Below, piece by piece: positions 1 to 10,526 of a stretch of DNA of 42,528 nucleotides. The notes below the pieces were generated by a model. It was not told the origin of the DNA, did no database searches, and worked only from the letters and a program-made list of their open reading frames with translations. Within the stretch, counting starts at the first letter, position 1. Every line of letters begins with the position of its first letter. The stretch spans positions 1 to 42,528 of the IMG/VR virus record IMGVR_UViG_3300020345_000002; one strand, written 5' to 3'. The DNA comes from a virus. Lineage: Duplodnaviria > Caudoviricetes. A program made the translations under genes and the position numbers.

Positions 1-55
1 TTTTGAAATATACTATCTGTTTCTCCTCCAGCAGAAATAGCATTAGTAGATGCAG
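1..55. repeat. 55-bp terminal overlap (identical to 42474..42528); circular assembly junction
   Basis: The first 55 nt equal the last 55 nt, and an ORF reads through the junction in frame. Confidence 0.95.
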
Positions 56-173
56 CAGTTATTCTACCCTGGGCATCAACTGTTATAGCTGGAATAGCAG
101 TAGCCGAACCATAACTACCTGCACTAACAGCAGTATCAGCAAGTCCAGCAGCTTGTGCTTTGGTTAGTCCCAT
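1..173 (-). CDS. 5' part of a 98-aa tail-fibre adaptor protein spanning the junction (continues 42473..42350)
   Basis: Manual translation MGLTKAQAAGLADTAVSAGSYGSATAIPAITVDAQGRITAA...; TAATG coupling to the upstream gene; C-terminus resembles that of the 739-aa fibre. Confidence 0.85.
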   Translation of the reverse strand, partial: MGLTKAQAAGLADTAVSAGSYGSATAIPAITVDAQGRITAASTNAISAGGETDSIFQ

Positions 174-337
174 TAATCAGCCTCCTCTGGGGTGTTACCT
201 TTTGCTACCCATTCTAGGTACTCTTGGTAGTCGGTGTTTGCTTCGTCAAATGGTATTTGAGCATTATCTGATAGACGCAATATAACCCCTCTTTCTTTGT
301 TTGTTATAGGGTCTTTGGGTAAATATTTGTAGCTCAT
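173..337 (-). CDS. 54-aa putative fibre-associated chaperone (IPFDEANTDYQEYLEWV motif)
   Basis: Manual translation; ATGA and TAATG coupling on both sides; paralog at 39584..39751. Confidence 0.85.
   Translation of the reverse strand: MSYKYLPKDPITNKERGVILRLSDNAQIPFDEANTDYQEYLEWVAKGNTPEEAD
216..253. repeat. 38-bp exact direct repeat, copy 1 (copy 2 at 39627..39664)
   Basis: AGGTACTCTTGGTAGTCGGTGTTTGCTTCGTCAAATGG is present at both sites. Confidence 0.9.
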
Positions 338-1503
338 AATTCTGCACTTGCTGTAAAATTGTATTGTACTAAAACCGTAGAACTACTTCCAGTTTGACCA
401 CCAAAGGCAAGAGTTCTAGGATTAGAAGTACCTTCTAAACTTAAAGCACAAACACCCCAACTACTGTTGTTATAGTGGCTAAAACGATTATCAGTTGAGT
501 TGGTTACACTATTAAGTGTATATGTAACAACGGTCGGTGTTGATCTCATTTCAACAGGAAGGTAATGACAAAGACCAGCTATATAATCACTTGCATAGGG
601 CTTGATATATTGATAAATACCTTTTCCTACACCATGAGCAGGAGTTGTTCCTTGCTCAAAACTTTTTTGATAATACCTCTGACATAAAGCAAGCTCCTGA
701 GCAAATGACCTGTGTTCAAAATCTGTTGCAACGCTGCCTACTTCTAACTGAACTCCTGTAATAAAAAAGTCATTTGAAGTGCTATCAAAAACATTTACCT
801 GTCCTGTAGCTCTCTTATTAGCAGTAAAAGCTGCCCATGTTGATGGTGGTGTCCCTCCTCCTGTATAAGTTGTTCCAGCCATTAACCAAAAGAAAATTCT
901 TAAACTTGACCCATTATCATTATCAAAAGCACCTGTTGTATCGGCTGGAAAAGTTAAAGTTACTTTTTGCCATGTATCTGCTGAACTGATTGTATAGCTT
1001 TTACAAACGTGCCTATCATTGTTGTCATCATAAAACTCAACCCAATGCACACCTGTTTTTGGAGATTTTACATGAAAAGAAATCGTAAATTGTTTTGCTT
1101 GTGCTGTTCCTTTGCAGAAAACTTGTACGTCTTGCCCTTCCATTCTGTGTTCTATAGCAACATAATGCCCTGCACTTACAGTTCCACTTGCTGTTGTGCA
1201 GTCATATTTTAAACTTTTTGAAAATCCATACCCTGCTGGAACATCTGTACTTTGTGAAGCAGTATATCTCATACTTCCTGTACCTTTCTGTTGGTATCTA
1301 TCAGGAGCAAAGTAGCCTTCGCTTGATCCGACACCTGTAGCTGAAGTTGATCTTTGAAAAACTTGAAATTCGCCATTAATGTTTAGTCGTCTATTACTTA
1401 AGCTATTAGTAATATTGGCAGTACACGTTCCATCATTAGCTAATGTGATCGCATCACTTGATGCACTGACTCCTTGAATAGCTGCAACTTTTAATGTACT
1501 CAT
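334..1503 (-). CDS. Tail fibre / receptor-binding protein with a carbohydrate-binding-like domain
   Basis: ING.FQVFQR ... TGVQLEVGSVATDFEHRSFAQELALCQRYY signature of marine phage fibres; paralog at 39754..40848. Confidence 0.75.
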   Translation of the reverse strand: MSTLKVAAIQGVSASSDAITLANDGTCTANITNSLSNRRLNINGEFQVFQRSTSATGVGSSEGYFAPDRYQQKGTGSMRYTASQSTDVPAGYGFSKSLKYDCTTASGTVSAGHYVAIEHRMEGQDVQVFCKGTAQAKQFTISFHVKSPKTGVHWVEFYDDNNDRHVCKSYTISSADTWQKVTLTFPADTTGAFDNDNGSSLRIFFWLMAGTTYTGGGTPPSTWAAFTANKRATGQVNVFDSTSNDFFITGVQLEVGSVATDFEHRSFAQELALCQRYYQKSFEQGTTPAHGVGKGIYQYIKPYASDYIAGLCHYLPVEMRSTPTVVTYTLNSVTNSTDNRFSHYNNSSWGVCALSLEGTSNPRTLAFGGQTGSSSTVLVQYNFTASAEL

Positions 1504-2528
1504 GCACCCTCCAAAGCTGCTACTTTAGTTTCTAATGTTTCTATTTTAGCTACTGCTTCTTGTAATGCAGCAGTTAACAAGGGAACAAATTTTTCATACT
1601 TAAGAGATTGATAAATAGGATCTCCATTAAAATCAACTTCATCTTTTGTACCTATTAACGAATTTGGCACTACAGCACCAGCTTCATGTGCATAAAAACC
1701 ACTAACTAATACATTTGGTTTATCTACTATTATTCTGTCAGTTTCTATATAATTAAATTTGTATGGTTTTAATTGATTAAGCTCTGTAATTGCATTAGTG
1801 TAGTTTACAACATTGTTTTTTAATCTATAGTCAGAACCACCAGCATAGGAAAAAGCTGTTCCAGAATTATTTGCTGTTGGAGTTGATGATGATTGTCTTA
1901 AATTAAGACTATCATCCATCCACATTCTTGCATTTCCAACATTTTGATGCTCCCAATAAAGTCCAGTTCTATTATCATCTGAACCACAACCAAAATAGTA
2001 AAAATTACAAGAAGCAGCATTTGAATCGTTAGTTCCTGTAAACTCCGCAATAAAATGATTAGCACTACTTGAGCCAGTATCTACGTGCAATTTCTTATCA
2101 GGGGATGTAGTACCTATACCTACGTTTCCAGACGAATTTATACGGATACGTTCTGTAGTGCCATGAGCAAAAAGCATGTTATTACCACTTTCTACTCTCA
2201 TAGCCATATCACTTGTTCCACCTCCTACAGCACCACCAGAAACAAATCCACCAAGTAAAGTACCGTCTGTTGCATGTATTAAAGTTCCTTGATTTGTACC
2301 ACCTTGTAGTCTTAAATATGTATCTCCACTTGTTTTATTTAGATGGAGAATTTGATCTGGAGAAGCAGTTCCAATACCTACATTACCTGAACTATTTGCA
2401 GTAACAAACGACCCATCACCTGCGTAATTATCGTTTAAAGTAATAGTTCTATTAGCAGCAGGGTTAGACGAAGGAGCAGATATGATAACCCCATTTCCAC
2501 CGCTATGTAATAACTTAAGTGAACTCAT
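1500..2528 (-). CDS. Tail fibre with a C-terminal intramolecular chaperone (peptidase S74-like)
   Basis: Two GNVGIGT repeats; SDYRLK auto-cleavage motif, GFYAHE and a terminal coiled coil. Confidence 0.85.
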   Translation of the reverse strand: MSSLKLLHSGGNGVIISAPSSNPAANRTITLNDNYAGDGSFVTANSSGNVGIGTASPDQILHLNKTSGDTYLRLQGGTNQGTLIHATDGTLLGGFVSGGAVGGGTSDMAMRVESGNNMLFAHGTTERIRINSSGNVGIGTTSPDKKLHVDTGSSSANHFIAEFTGTNDSNAASCNFYYFGCGSDDNRTGLYWEHQNVGNARMWMDDSLNLRQSSSTPTANNSGTAFSYAGGSDYRLKNNVVNYTNAITELNQLKPYKFNYIETDRIIVDKPNVLVSGFYAHEAGAVVPNSLIGTKDEVDFNGDPIYQSLKYEKFVPLLTAALQEAVAKIETLETKVAALEGA

Positions 2529-2851
2529 AATTTAGGGTACTTGTCTTTAATAACTTTTATAGAAGCCTTCCAAGCATCTATTCCTTCATTATATATCTGG
2601 TCAAACTGATCTTCAAACTTTGGATATTCTGATCTTCTTTTAGATTTATAACTATCGTATTCTGAATCCCATGCAGCTTGTAGTGCAGCAAGGCCATCTG
2701 TACATTGTTTTTCTGTAGGTTTAGAGCCTCCATCATGCACTATCAAGTTTGCATATACTTTATTACTTGGATCGCTAAAACCAAACCATTGTCCTGTTCT
2801 AACAGTAATAAGGTAATCCTCTATGTGATCTGCTCTACCATCTATTCTCAT
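2525..2851 (-). CDS. Putative tail fibre assembly chaperone
   Basis: YKSKRRSEYP..DQFDQIY..W..IKDKYPK; similar to 40845..41168; lies within the fibre array. Confidence 0.6.
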   Translation of the reverse strand: MRIDGRADHIEDYLITVRTGQWFGFSDPSNKVYANLIVHDGGSKPTEKQCTDGLAALQAAWDSEYDSYKSKRRSEYPKFEDQFDQIYNEGIDAWKASIKVIKDKYPKL

Positions 2852-3459
2852 TATGTATCTCCCAATCTAGTAAAAGTAACACCACTATGCTTGTTTGTTC
2901 CCGTTGCCATGATTTGAGAGGTATCTGAAAGTACATGACGTAATCTCCACCTAAAAGTAGAAGCATTTGTTACATTAAAAACCGCTATGGATGTTGGACT
3001 TGCATAATACTGACCAGTATAGGCACTATTATAAGCAACAGTAGAGTCAGTATAGTTAGAACCCGAATCAGAAGAAATCTGTTGTTCACAACCTAAATAA
3101 GATCTACCTCCGCCTTCAGCCCTTATAACAAGTGTAGCCATTACTAAATAAATTCCAGTACTAGGAAAAGTAAAAACACCACTTGATTCTGTCATAGCTG
3201 AACCAATATTTCCGAACAAAGTTGAAGATGCTGCTGAATGTCTAGCCCAATTAGCTGTAATAACTGCTACAGAATTTGTTGTATAACTGCTAGTTATAAC
3301 CCAACTATCTTGCATTGTTATTCCTTTGGCTGACCCTGTGGCTTTAGCTGCTGTCACAGCATTATTGGCAAGCATATCTGTATCGACTATTCCGTCAGGT
3401 AAGCCTCCTACTGAGATTCCACTTATTGTTCCTGCTGATTCGTTAAATACTATTGGCAT
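2851..3459 (-). CDS. Short tail fibre / RBP with a C1q-like beta-sandwich C-terminus
   Basis: GVFTFPSTGIYLV motif; N-terminus shared with 41809..42348. Confidence 0.65.
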   Translation of the reverse strand: MPIVFNESAGTISGISVGGLPDGIVDTDMLANNAVTAAKATGSAKGITMQDSWVITSSYTTNSVAVITANWARHSAASSTLFGNIGSAMTESSGVFTFPSTGIYLVMATLVIRAEGGGRSYLGCEQQISSDSGSNYTDSTVAYNSAYTGQYYASPTSIAVFNVTNASTFRWRLRHVLSDTSQIMATGTNKHSGVTFTRLGDT

Positions 3460-3469
3460 AATTTACCTC

Positions 3470-5689
3470 CTAGACAATAACATAGCGTGAACCTGATGGA
3501 ATTGTAACCGTTACTCCACTTGCTATTGTTATATCACCTGCACTTAAACCTGACTTATTTGTAGTCATAGTGTAATTATTTGAAATTGTTAAAGAGTTTT
3601 CTGTTACGCAACCATCAGCTTTTTGTGACGAAACTCCTGTTAATGCTGATCCATCTATAGCTGGTAACGCACCAGTTAAGGCAGAAGAAGGTAAGTTAGT
3701 TAAACTTGCACCCGATCCACTAAATACAGTTGCACCTAATGTTCCTGTAGCAGAGTTGAATGTAAGATTAGATCCAGATTTTAGTCCTAAATCTCCTGTT
3801 GCAGCAGTAGCAAACAAAGGGAAACAAGTAGTATCGGAACTTTCATCTGCAATCGTATTGGTTGTTGCATTACCAATAGCAACCTGAGTTCCCATATTGA
3901 CAATGAAATATGTAGCACCACTAGGAGGAGCAGAATCAAAAATAATATCTGTACCGCTAACAACATATCCATCTGTCATATCTCCTTGCCCCGTTCCATC
4001 ATTAGGCTGTTGCATTACACCGTTGATAGATACCCTTAATATCTCTGCATTGGTAGGTGTTACTGCTGTACTTGTTCCTTTAGTTACTAACTTAAATCTA
4101 TAAGCAGAACCGTTAAAGGTAGCTGACCCACCACCTGTTCCAGAAGATGATGCAATATCTAGTAAATCAGCAGTCCCCGAAGTACCAGTAGAACCTCCAA
4201 TCTCACCCCATGCACTGCCGTCATAACCCTCAAATTCTGATGTTGTGCTATTGAATCTGAACATTCCAGCAGAAGGAGATCCTGGTCTTTCTCCAGTAGT
4301 TCCAGAAGCTACATCAATAGCTCCTGTTCCTGTCATCAAAATATTTCCACTTGTAGTTAAAGAAGTAAGCGTACCAACAGAAGTAAGACTTGAAGTAACT
4401 ACTGTACTTTTTAATTCTGTTCCTGTTAAAGTACCTGCTGCTGCTGTGACTGTAATAGCAGAAGATCCATTAAATGATACTCCATTAATATTTCTAGCAG
4501 TAGCTAAAACCGTTGCTGTGGCAGCGTTTCCAGAAGTATCTTGATTCCCTGCTGAGTTAACACCAGGTAAATCAATGTTGCCTGTTCCATCAAATGATAC
4601 TCCACCAATATTTCGTGCAGTTTCAAGAGCCGTTGCTGTAGCTGCATTTCCTGTAGTGTCTTGATTAAGAGTGCCTACAACAAAATCTAAAGTTCCATCT
4701 GCATCTTGGTACGTTACTGTAATTCCTGTCTCAGTATTACCAGTAACCATTCCACCTACATAATCTTCTACCTGTTCTTGAGTAAGCGTTGCAGTTATAT
4801 ATCCAGCACCATTTGTAATCGCATTATTGTTTAAAGAAATATTTGCTGTGCCATCAAAACTAACTCCAGCTATGGTTCGAGAAGTTTCTAATGCAGTAGC
4901 AGTTGCAGCATTTCCAGTACAAGAACCAGACGATCCAGAGGCATTACCAGTTACGTTTCCAGTTAATGCACCAGCAAACCTTGTAGAGGTAAGAAGACCA
5001 GAAGAAGGATTATAAGTTAAGCCTGTATCAGTTTCAGCACCTTGTGTTCCAGTTGCTCCATCAACAAATAAAGGATAAACCGTTTCGTCTGTTGAGTTGT
5101 TTGCACTAACAGTTACACTGGTAGCGATAGCAGAAGTACCTGTAAAATTAGTTGCAGATAAAACCTGTGTACCAGCTACTTTTAATACTTTTCCAGAAGC
5201 AAGATCAATATGTTCAGAACTTGTCCAAGAATCTGTAGAATCTACCCAATTCCAAGTCTTATCACCATCTGTTGAATCAATAGTAATACCAGCACCATCT
5301 ACAGCAGCATCATTCCCATTGCCTTTTGCAATCTCAATATTCTTATCTTTTACAGTTAAATTTGTTGTATCAATAGTTGTTGTCGTTCCAGAAACAGTTA
5401 AGTCACCTGGAATTGTTACTAAACCAGCAGAACTAATAGTTAAACGACCAGAACCTCCTGTACTAAGAGTTAATGTATCTGATCCTCCACTTATTCCTGT
5501 ATTTGGATCTGAACTAAAACTAAATGATGGAGCAGAAGCACTTCCATCAGGTGCTTTACTTAATAAATCTGCATAAGTTATCTTTTTATTTTTATCAGCA
5601 CCAGTTCCACTCTGGTCAATTATTGGCAGCGTATCTGTACTGGCTGGTGCAGTTAAAGCTGTAAATTCTGATATTTTGCGGTTTGTCAT
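3470..5689 (-). CDS. Long tail fibre protein
   Basis: Gly/Thr/Ser-rich; KISEF N-terminus; three GNAATAT.L.T.R.I.GVSF.G repeats; RFN.T..FEGY.GSAW module. Confidence 0.85.
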   Translation of the reverse strand: MTNRKISEFTALTAPASTDTLPIIDQSGTGADKNKKITYADLLSKAPDGSASAPSFSFSSDPNTGISGGSDTLTLSTGGSGRLTISSAGLVTIPGDLTVSGTTTTIDTTNLTVKDKNIEIAKGNGNDAAVDGAGITIDSTDGDKTWNWVDSTDSWTSSEHIDLASGKVLKVAGTQVLSATNFTGTSAIATSVTVSANNSTDETVYPLFVDGATGTQGAETDTGLTYNPSSGLLTSTRFAGALTGNVTGNASGSSGSCTGNAATATALETSRTIAGVSFDGTANISLNNNAITNGAGYITATLTQEQVEDYVGGMVTGNTETGITVTYQDADGTLDFVVGTLNQDTTGNAATATALETARNIGGVSFDGTGNIDLPGVNSAGNQDTSGNAATATVLATARNINGVSFNGSSAITVTAAAGTLTGTELKSTVVTSSLTSVGTLTSLTTSGNILMTGTGAIDVASGTTGERPGSPSAGMFRFNSTTSEFEGYDGSAWGEIGGSTGTSGTADLLDIASSSGTGGGSATFNGSAYRFKLVTKGTSTAVTPTNAEILRVSINGVMQQPNDGTGQGDMTDGYVVSGTDIIFDSAPPSGATYFIVNMGTQVAIGNATTNTIADESSDTTCFPLFATAATGDLGLKSGSNLTFNSATGTLGATVFSGSGASLTNLPSSALTGALPAIDGSALTGVSSQKADGCVTENSLTISNNYTMTTNKSGLSAGDITIASGVTVTIPSGSRYVIV

Positions 5690-5691
5690 AA

Positions 5692-6666
5692 TTAGAACTT
5701 AATTACATACATTAGAGCATAATTTTTAACACGAACTTCACTCGAACCATCACTAGAAACGGTAATGCCAGTTGTTTCAGATGAAGTTCTACCTACATCT
5801 GGTTCACTCGATTTATTGACTATATTATATGCTTCATTTAAGTTACCAGCACCTGTACCTGCTGCTGGATAGTTACTACTCGTTAAAGTAGTGCTAAATC
5901 GTGATTCTGAACCATTACTTGAATTAAAAGCATGGTGGTAATGACCTGAGTCTGTAATGCTATGATTGTGAGATTTGTTTTGATCTGTTTGACTAGAAGC
6001 AAAGGATCTTCCACTATCAACTCCAGCACTATTATCCCAACCTCTTACAAATTGTCCCCTAAGATCAGGTAAGTTAAAGGTAGAAGAGCCATCTCCTGCT
6101 CCCCATGTTGTTGAAATTGTAGAGAACAAGGAAGCATACGTTGATCTACTTACAGCAGCACCATTACATTCTAAAAACCCAGTAGGAACAGTAGTTGTAG
6201 CTAGATTAAATACAGAACCAACAGGTACTCCATTAGCAATCTCTCCCCAAGCTGACCCGTTATATCCTTCAAATTGGGTAAGAGTCGTATTGAATCTTAT
6301 ATCTCCTGTAGCTGCTGTTGGCCTCTGTGCTGTTGTTCCTGTTGGTAACTGTAAAGAACCAGTACCAGACATAACAATATCACCACCAGATGTAACCGTT
6401 CCAGAAAATGTAGGGCTTGCCTTAGTAGCTAATCCTAAATTACTAGCATCTGTTAAATCTCCTAAAGTTAACCAACCATTATTAGCAGAATTTCTAATTT
6501 TTAATAAATTATTTGATGTATCAGCCCAAATTTTATAAGCAACAGTAGTGGAAGGAGCAGAAGAACCACTATTAGATGATTGAATATCACCTAAACAGGT
6601 ATTTAAGTCTGCTCTAAAAGTAGCTCCTACGGCATTTCCTATATCAAAATCATGTGTATTACTCAT
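5692..6666 (-). CDS. Tail fibre with a tail collar domain
   Basis: PVGSV..PTGFLECNGAAVSRSTYASLF..GDGSSTFNLPDLRGQFVRG collar signature. Confidence 0.9.
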   Translation of the reverse strand: MSNTHDFDIGNAVGATFRADLNTCLGDIQSSNSGSSAPSTTVAYKIWADTSNNLLKIRNSANNGWLTLGDLTDASNLGLATKASPTFSGTVTSGGDIVMSGTGSLQLPTGTTAQRPTAATGDIRFNTTLTQFEGYNGSAWGEIANGVPVGSVFNLATTTVPTGFLECNGAAVSRSTYASLFSTISTTWGAGDGSSTFNLPDLRGQFVRGWDNSAGVDSGRSFASSQTDQNKSHNHSITDSGHYHHAFNSSNGSESRFSTTLTSSNYPAAGTGAGNLNEAYNIVNKSSEPDVGRTSSETTGITVSSDGSSEVRVKNYALMYVIKF

Positions 6667-9600
6667 TTATGTAACCTCCTTACCAAAACCTGATGCAGCC
6701 CATACAAAGGATCTAGCGACTGCGGAACTTCCATTTTTAAATGTGACCTGAAATCCTGTCCTACTTATATTAGCAAGTTCAAAGAAATCACCTGATTGTT
6801 GTGTTGTTGGAGTCACTACTACTTGAGGTGTATTTTTAAATGGATTAGTGAAAGATACAGTGTATTGTGATGATCCAGTAGTAACTGGAGTTGAAATACT
6901 TTCTGTTCTTCCTTGTAATTCTAGTGTAGCTCCTAATTGAGTAACAGCTATATTTTGGTTAGTGTCATTACTTGTTAATATTGCTTTAAATTGAAAAGCT
7001 CTACCTGTTATTAATACGTTACTAAATTCTTTATATGCACTCCAAGTAGGAGATCCAGATGGATCATCATTAGTGGATCGCACATAAACAGCAGCATTAC
7101 ATTTTGTAGCTTCAGTTAAACCACCAACAGCATCAATATATCCCCAACTATCAATTAAATCAGTTCTATCATCCCATAAACTATTCAATATAAAGTTACT
7201 TGCTTTTAAAGTTTTTCTTAAATTAACGTCATAGGGTTGTGTTAAATCTACAGAGTTAGCAAAAGAATATTCTCCAGAAGTTTCTGTTGCATTACTTGTA
7301 ACTACTAATTTTAAAGCATCTAAAGAAGCATCATAAACTGTATCTGATTTAGAGCCTGTAAAGTTAGCAGTATGTTCATCAAGTGTTCCAACAACAAGTC
7401 TTTCAGAAGGTGTTGGTAAGGTAGTTGTTATTCTTGTATTATTCCAATCTGAATCATTTGAACCAGGAGAAGGTGATTCTCTTCCACCATCATCCTCAAA
7501 TTTAATTAAATAAGTTCCTTCAAGTAAAGGTACAATTTTTTGAGTTTGGTTACCTGCTGCTGCAACTACAATTTCCTGTGCATCTTTCCATTGAGCACCT
7601 GTAGTTAAAGAAGAATGTCTGATAAGGGTCTTGCCTCCTAGCAAAACGTCAAGTTCTGTAGCACGATTCCAGCTTAATATTGCACTTGATTCATCAATAG
7701 GAAGTAAACTAACACCACTGACGTTAGCTGGAACGGCAGTCTTACCAACAGCTACAAAGGGACTTAAGGAGTTAGGTAAAGTTGATCTAAGACCTGATGC
7801 GCTAACGCTATATACCTCAATCGTATAGTTACCAGCAATAGTATCTAGTATTTCATAACTTTTAGCACCTTCTACAGTACGAGATACATAGTTACCTTGT
7901 TCATATCTCCATCTGACATAAACATTATCAGTAGAAGTAGTCCAACTAACAATAATTTTTACTCTTGCAATACCAGTATTTTCATAAATAACTTCTTCTG
8001 CTGTTATACCTGTAGGAGAAGATGGAGCTACATCCAAGTTAGTTATATCTCTAGTCGTAAGAGCTATGCCACTTTCTATGTGATTATATTTACCTGAGTT
8101 ATATTGACTTGCTGTAATTGCATAATTCGACCTGCCTTCTTCTACAACAGTTAAAACTCTCCAAGTGCTTGTAAGAATATCTGTTGTTTGGTACACCCAA
8201 ATACTATTTACATTAGGAGCAGAAGTAAAAGCACTTGAAACAGTAATAACACTGCCAGATATACCACTTACAGATTTATTCTCTACAGATCCATCAGAAA
8301 GAATAACAGACAAAGTAGATCCAACTGAATAAGTTAAATCTGTTGTATCATCTACTGTTATTGTAGTTGTAGTAGCAGCTTGAATACGACCTCCTCTACG
8401 TTCTCCACTTCTTACAGGGTCAGCTATCTCAATGATCTGCCCAGGTCTGACAACTACTCCTGCATCTACAGAAGTTGCAAAAGCAACTACTTCACGTTCT
8501 ACGTTTTCCATGTAAAGCAACCACTTGGCAAGACGATTAGCTTGTCCTCTACTTGTACAAGCAAACGCATCTATATTTTTAACAACTGATCCATAACGAG
8601 TTTGGTTAGCATTATCAATAACTTCCTCATAATTTATATCTCGTAAATCTAAGTCTAAGTATTTAGCAACTACTACTGTAGGTCTTATTTTTTGACTTGT
8701 ATTTTGATAAGTAAAACCAGGAGGAGTTACATTAGCAAGAGTAAACAAATAACTAGAATCTTTAGGAGAATCCTGTGTAATAGTTAAACTACCAGCCTGA
8801 TAATATGGCATTGCTCTAAACACAGAACACATTTGATTAATTACGTTATAAGCTTCCTGTTGATTTTGAATTGATACATTACAACTAAATCTAGGTTCTG
8901 TATCACCTGTGCCTGTACCATCATCTATTTGAGCAGAACAATAAACAGATGCTTGATAAAAACTAAACTTATCTAAATCAGCTTCAACAAGATGTGCACC
9001 TAATCCGTACCTAGAAGACGTTAGAAGGTCATATAAACACCATGCTGGATCGTTTGTATATTGTGCAGCACCCAGCGTTCCATTAAACGTACCAGTGTAA
9101 GATAAGCTTCCGTCTGCTCTTACTGTTGCATTATGAGGAATTTTAACTTTAATACCTTTAATTAAATATTGTCTTTTAGGAATAGAAGTGAACTGTTCTG
9201 CATCTACCTTTAAACCAACTAATGCACTATTTGCATAAGTTCTTTGATCGTATTTTATTTCTACATAGTTATTAAATTGAATTTCATTAGCTAATTTACT
9301 TGAACTACTATCAGCAGTAATTCTAGTAACTTTTATATTGACAGGAAAAGCACCATCTAAATTAATTAAATAATCTCTTTGGTAGGTATCAGGAGTTCTA
9401 CCTGTAATAGTTCCTGCATTACCAGAAACAACAGTAGAGTATGAACCTCCAGAATACTGAACAGCAATCTCTAACTTAACTTCTGTACCAAAAATATCTC
9501 CTTTATCACTTAAAGATTGCAAAGAAGGAACAGTTATTGTTACTGATACTGCATCAACATCTGAATCTGTAATTTGTATAACTTTTGGTGTTGCTTGAGG

Positions 9601-9918
9601 AACAGTAGAAGATCCTGTAGATTTAGTTGTTTCTACATTTTTTGTTATAGGAATATTTGTTTGACTAGAAGTACCAGTTCTTGCTTCAAAAGTTACATCT
9701 TTAAAATTAAACGTACCATCAGTAGCTTGTAATGGTGTGTTGTTAAGGAATATAGACTTTGCACCATCTACTAAACCACCTATTTCACCTTCTGATATTA
9801 AATCTAATACTTTGGCAAACTGTTTTGAATCAAGATTATCTTTAGCTTCGGTAGGAGTACCACCGCCTCCTCCTCCACCTTTTCCTCCTCCTCCACCAGA
9901 GCCTATAACTTTACTCAT
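6667..9918 (-). CDS. Tip attachment / host specificity protein (lambda gpJ-like)
   Basis: DLISEGEIGGL, NDPAWCLYDLLT..RYGLG, EPRFSCN and AFACTSRGQA motifs; synteny after gpI. Confidence 0.93.
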   Translation of the reverse strand: MSKVIGSGGGGGKGGGGGGGTPTEAKDNLDSKQFAKVLDLISEGEIGGLVDGAKSIFLNNTPLQATDGTFNFKDVTFEARTGTSSQTNIPITKNVETTKSTGSSTVPQATPKVIQITDSDVDAVSVTITVPSLQSLSDKGDIFGTEVKLEIAVQYSGGSYSTVVSGNAGTITGRTPDTYQRDYLINLDGAFPVNIKVTRITADSSSSKLANEIQFNNYVEIKYDQRTYANSALVGLKVDAEQFTSIPKRQYLIKGIKVKIPHNATVRADGSLSYTGTFNGTLGAAQYTNDPAWCLYDLLTSSRYGLGAHLVEADLDKFSFYQASVYCSAQIDDGTGTGDTEPRFSCNVSIQNQQEAYNVINQMCSVFRAMPYYQAGSLTITQDSPKDSSYLFTLANVTPPGFTYQNTSQKIRPTVVVAKYLDLDLRDINYEEVIDNANQTRYGSVVKNIDAFACTSRGQANRLAKWLLYMENVEREVVAFATSVDAGVVVRPGQIIEIADPVRSGERRGGRIQAATTTTITVDDTTDLTYSVGSTLSVILSDGSVENKSVSGISGSVITVSSAFTSAPNVNSIWVYQTTDILTSTWRVLTVVEEGRSNYAITASQYNSGKYNHIESGIALTTRDITNLDVAPSSPTGITAEEVIYENTGIARVKIIVSWTTSTDNVYVRWRYEQGNYVSRTVEGAKSYEILDTIAGNYTIEVYSVSASGLRSTLPNSLSPFVAVGKTAVPANVSGVSLLPIDESSAILSWNRATELDVLLGGKTLIRHSSLTTGAQWKDAQEIVVAAAGNQTQKIVPLLEGTYLIKFEDDGGRESPSPGSNDSDWNNTRITTTLPTPSERLVVGTLDEHTANFTGSKSDTVYDASLDALKLVVTSNATETSGEYSFANSVDLTQPYDVNLRKTLKASNFILNSLWDDRTDLIDSWGYIDAVGGLTEATKCNAAVYVRSTNDDPSGSPTWSAYKEFSNVLITGRAFQFKAILTSNDTNQNIAVTQLGATLELQGRTESISTPVTTGSSQYTVSFTNPFKNTPQVVVTPTTQQSGDFFELANISRTGFQVTFKNGSSAVARSFVWAASGFGKEVT

Positions 9919-10526
9919 ACTTCCACCTGTGCAGTTTCAATACCAGCCGATATAACTACCGATCCAGTTAATACTTGTCCATAAATAACAGGGACAGCAA
10001 CACCAGCACGACTTGTATTTTGTATGCCACTAAAATTAAAAGATAAACGAGGATCTTGTTCTTGTTCTGAAATCTTAGGAACAGGAGTTAACATATCGGC
10101 AATACCTGATAAAGCTAAGTAACCACCCATATAAACCATACTTTTAGTTAGTAAACCAACCTCAGCTAAACTTCCAAATTTTATTCCCTCCATTAAAGTC
10201 ATACCACTACCTGCTGGCATAAGAAATGCACCTCCTATTAATGCTGCTCCTAATAATATTTTGCCTAAACCTCTACCTCCAGCACCTCCAACAACAGGAA
10301 TAATTCTTATATCCTCCTGTCCATTAGGATAATGTAACTCTTCTTCTCCTATCTCCCAATTATCAACCGCAACCTTATAGTACCTATCGGCCATATGTTT
10401 TTCTAACTGAGGAAAATTAACAACTAAAAATCTTATTGCCTGTGCAGCATTATTAACTTCAGCTTCAAAAGTCTTTTGACCTAGAAACTTTGCTAGTTCT
10501 CCGTATAGCTTAATTTTACGCAGCAT
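9915..10526 (-). CDS. Tail assembly protein (lambda gpI-like)
   Basis: [21 protein letters not shown] and [21 protein letters not shown]. Confidence 0.92.
   Translation of the reverse strand: MLRKIKLYGELAKFLGQKTFEAEVNNAAQAIRFLVVNFPQLEKHMADRYYKVAVDNWEIGEEELHYPNGQEDIRIIPVVGGAGGRGLGKILLGAALIGGAFLMPAGSGMTLMEGIKFGSLAEVGLLTKSMVYMGGYLALSGIADMLTPVPKISEQEQDPRLSFNFSGIQNTSRAGVAVPVIYGQVLTGSVVISAGIETAQVEV

Noticed and set aside
334-1503. Diversity-generating retroelement acting on the paralogous fibres
   Set aside because: No reverse transcriptase is present, and paralog differences are extensive and not adenine-specific
3787-9955. Alternative-frame and antisense ORFs in the track (e.g. 4245..4544, 5097..5576, 6290..6538, 9737..9955)
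   Set aside because: They are shadows of well-supported minus-strand fibre and tip genes with biased codon usage
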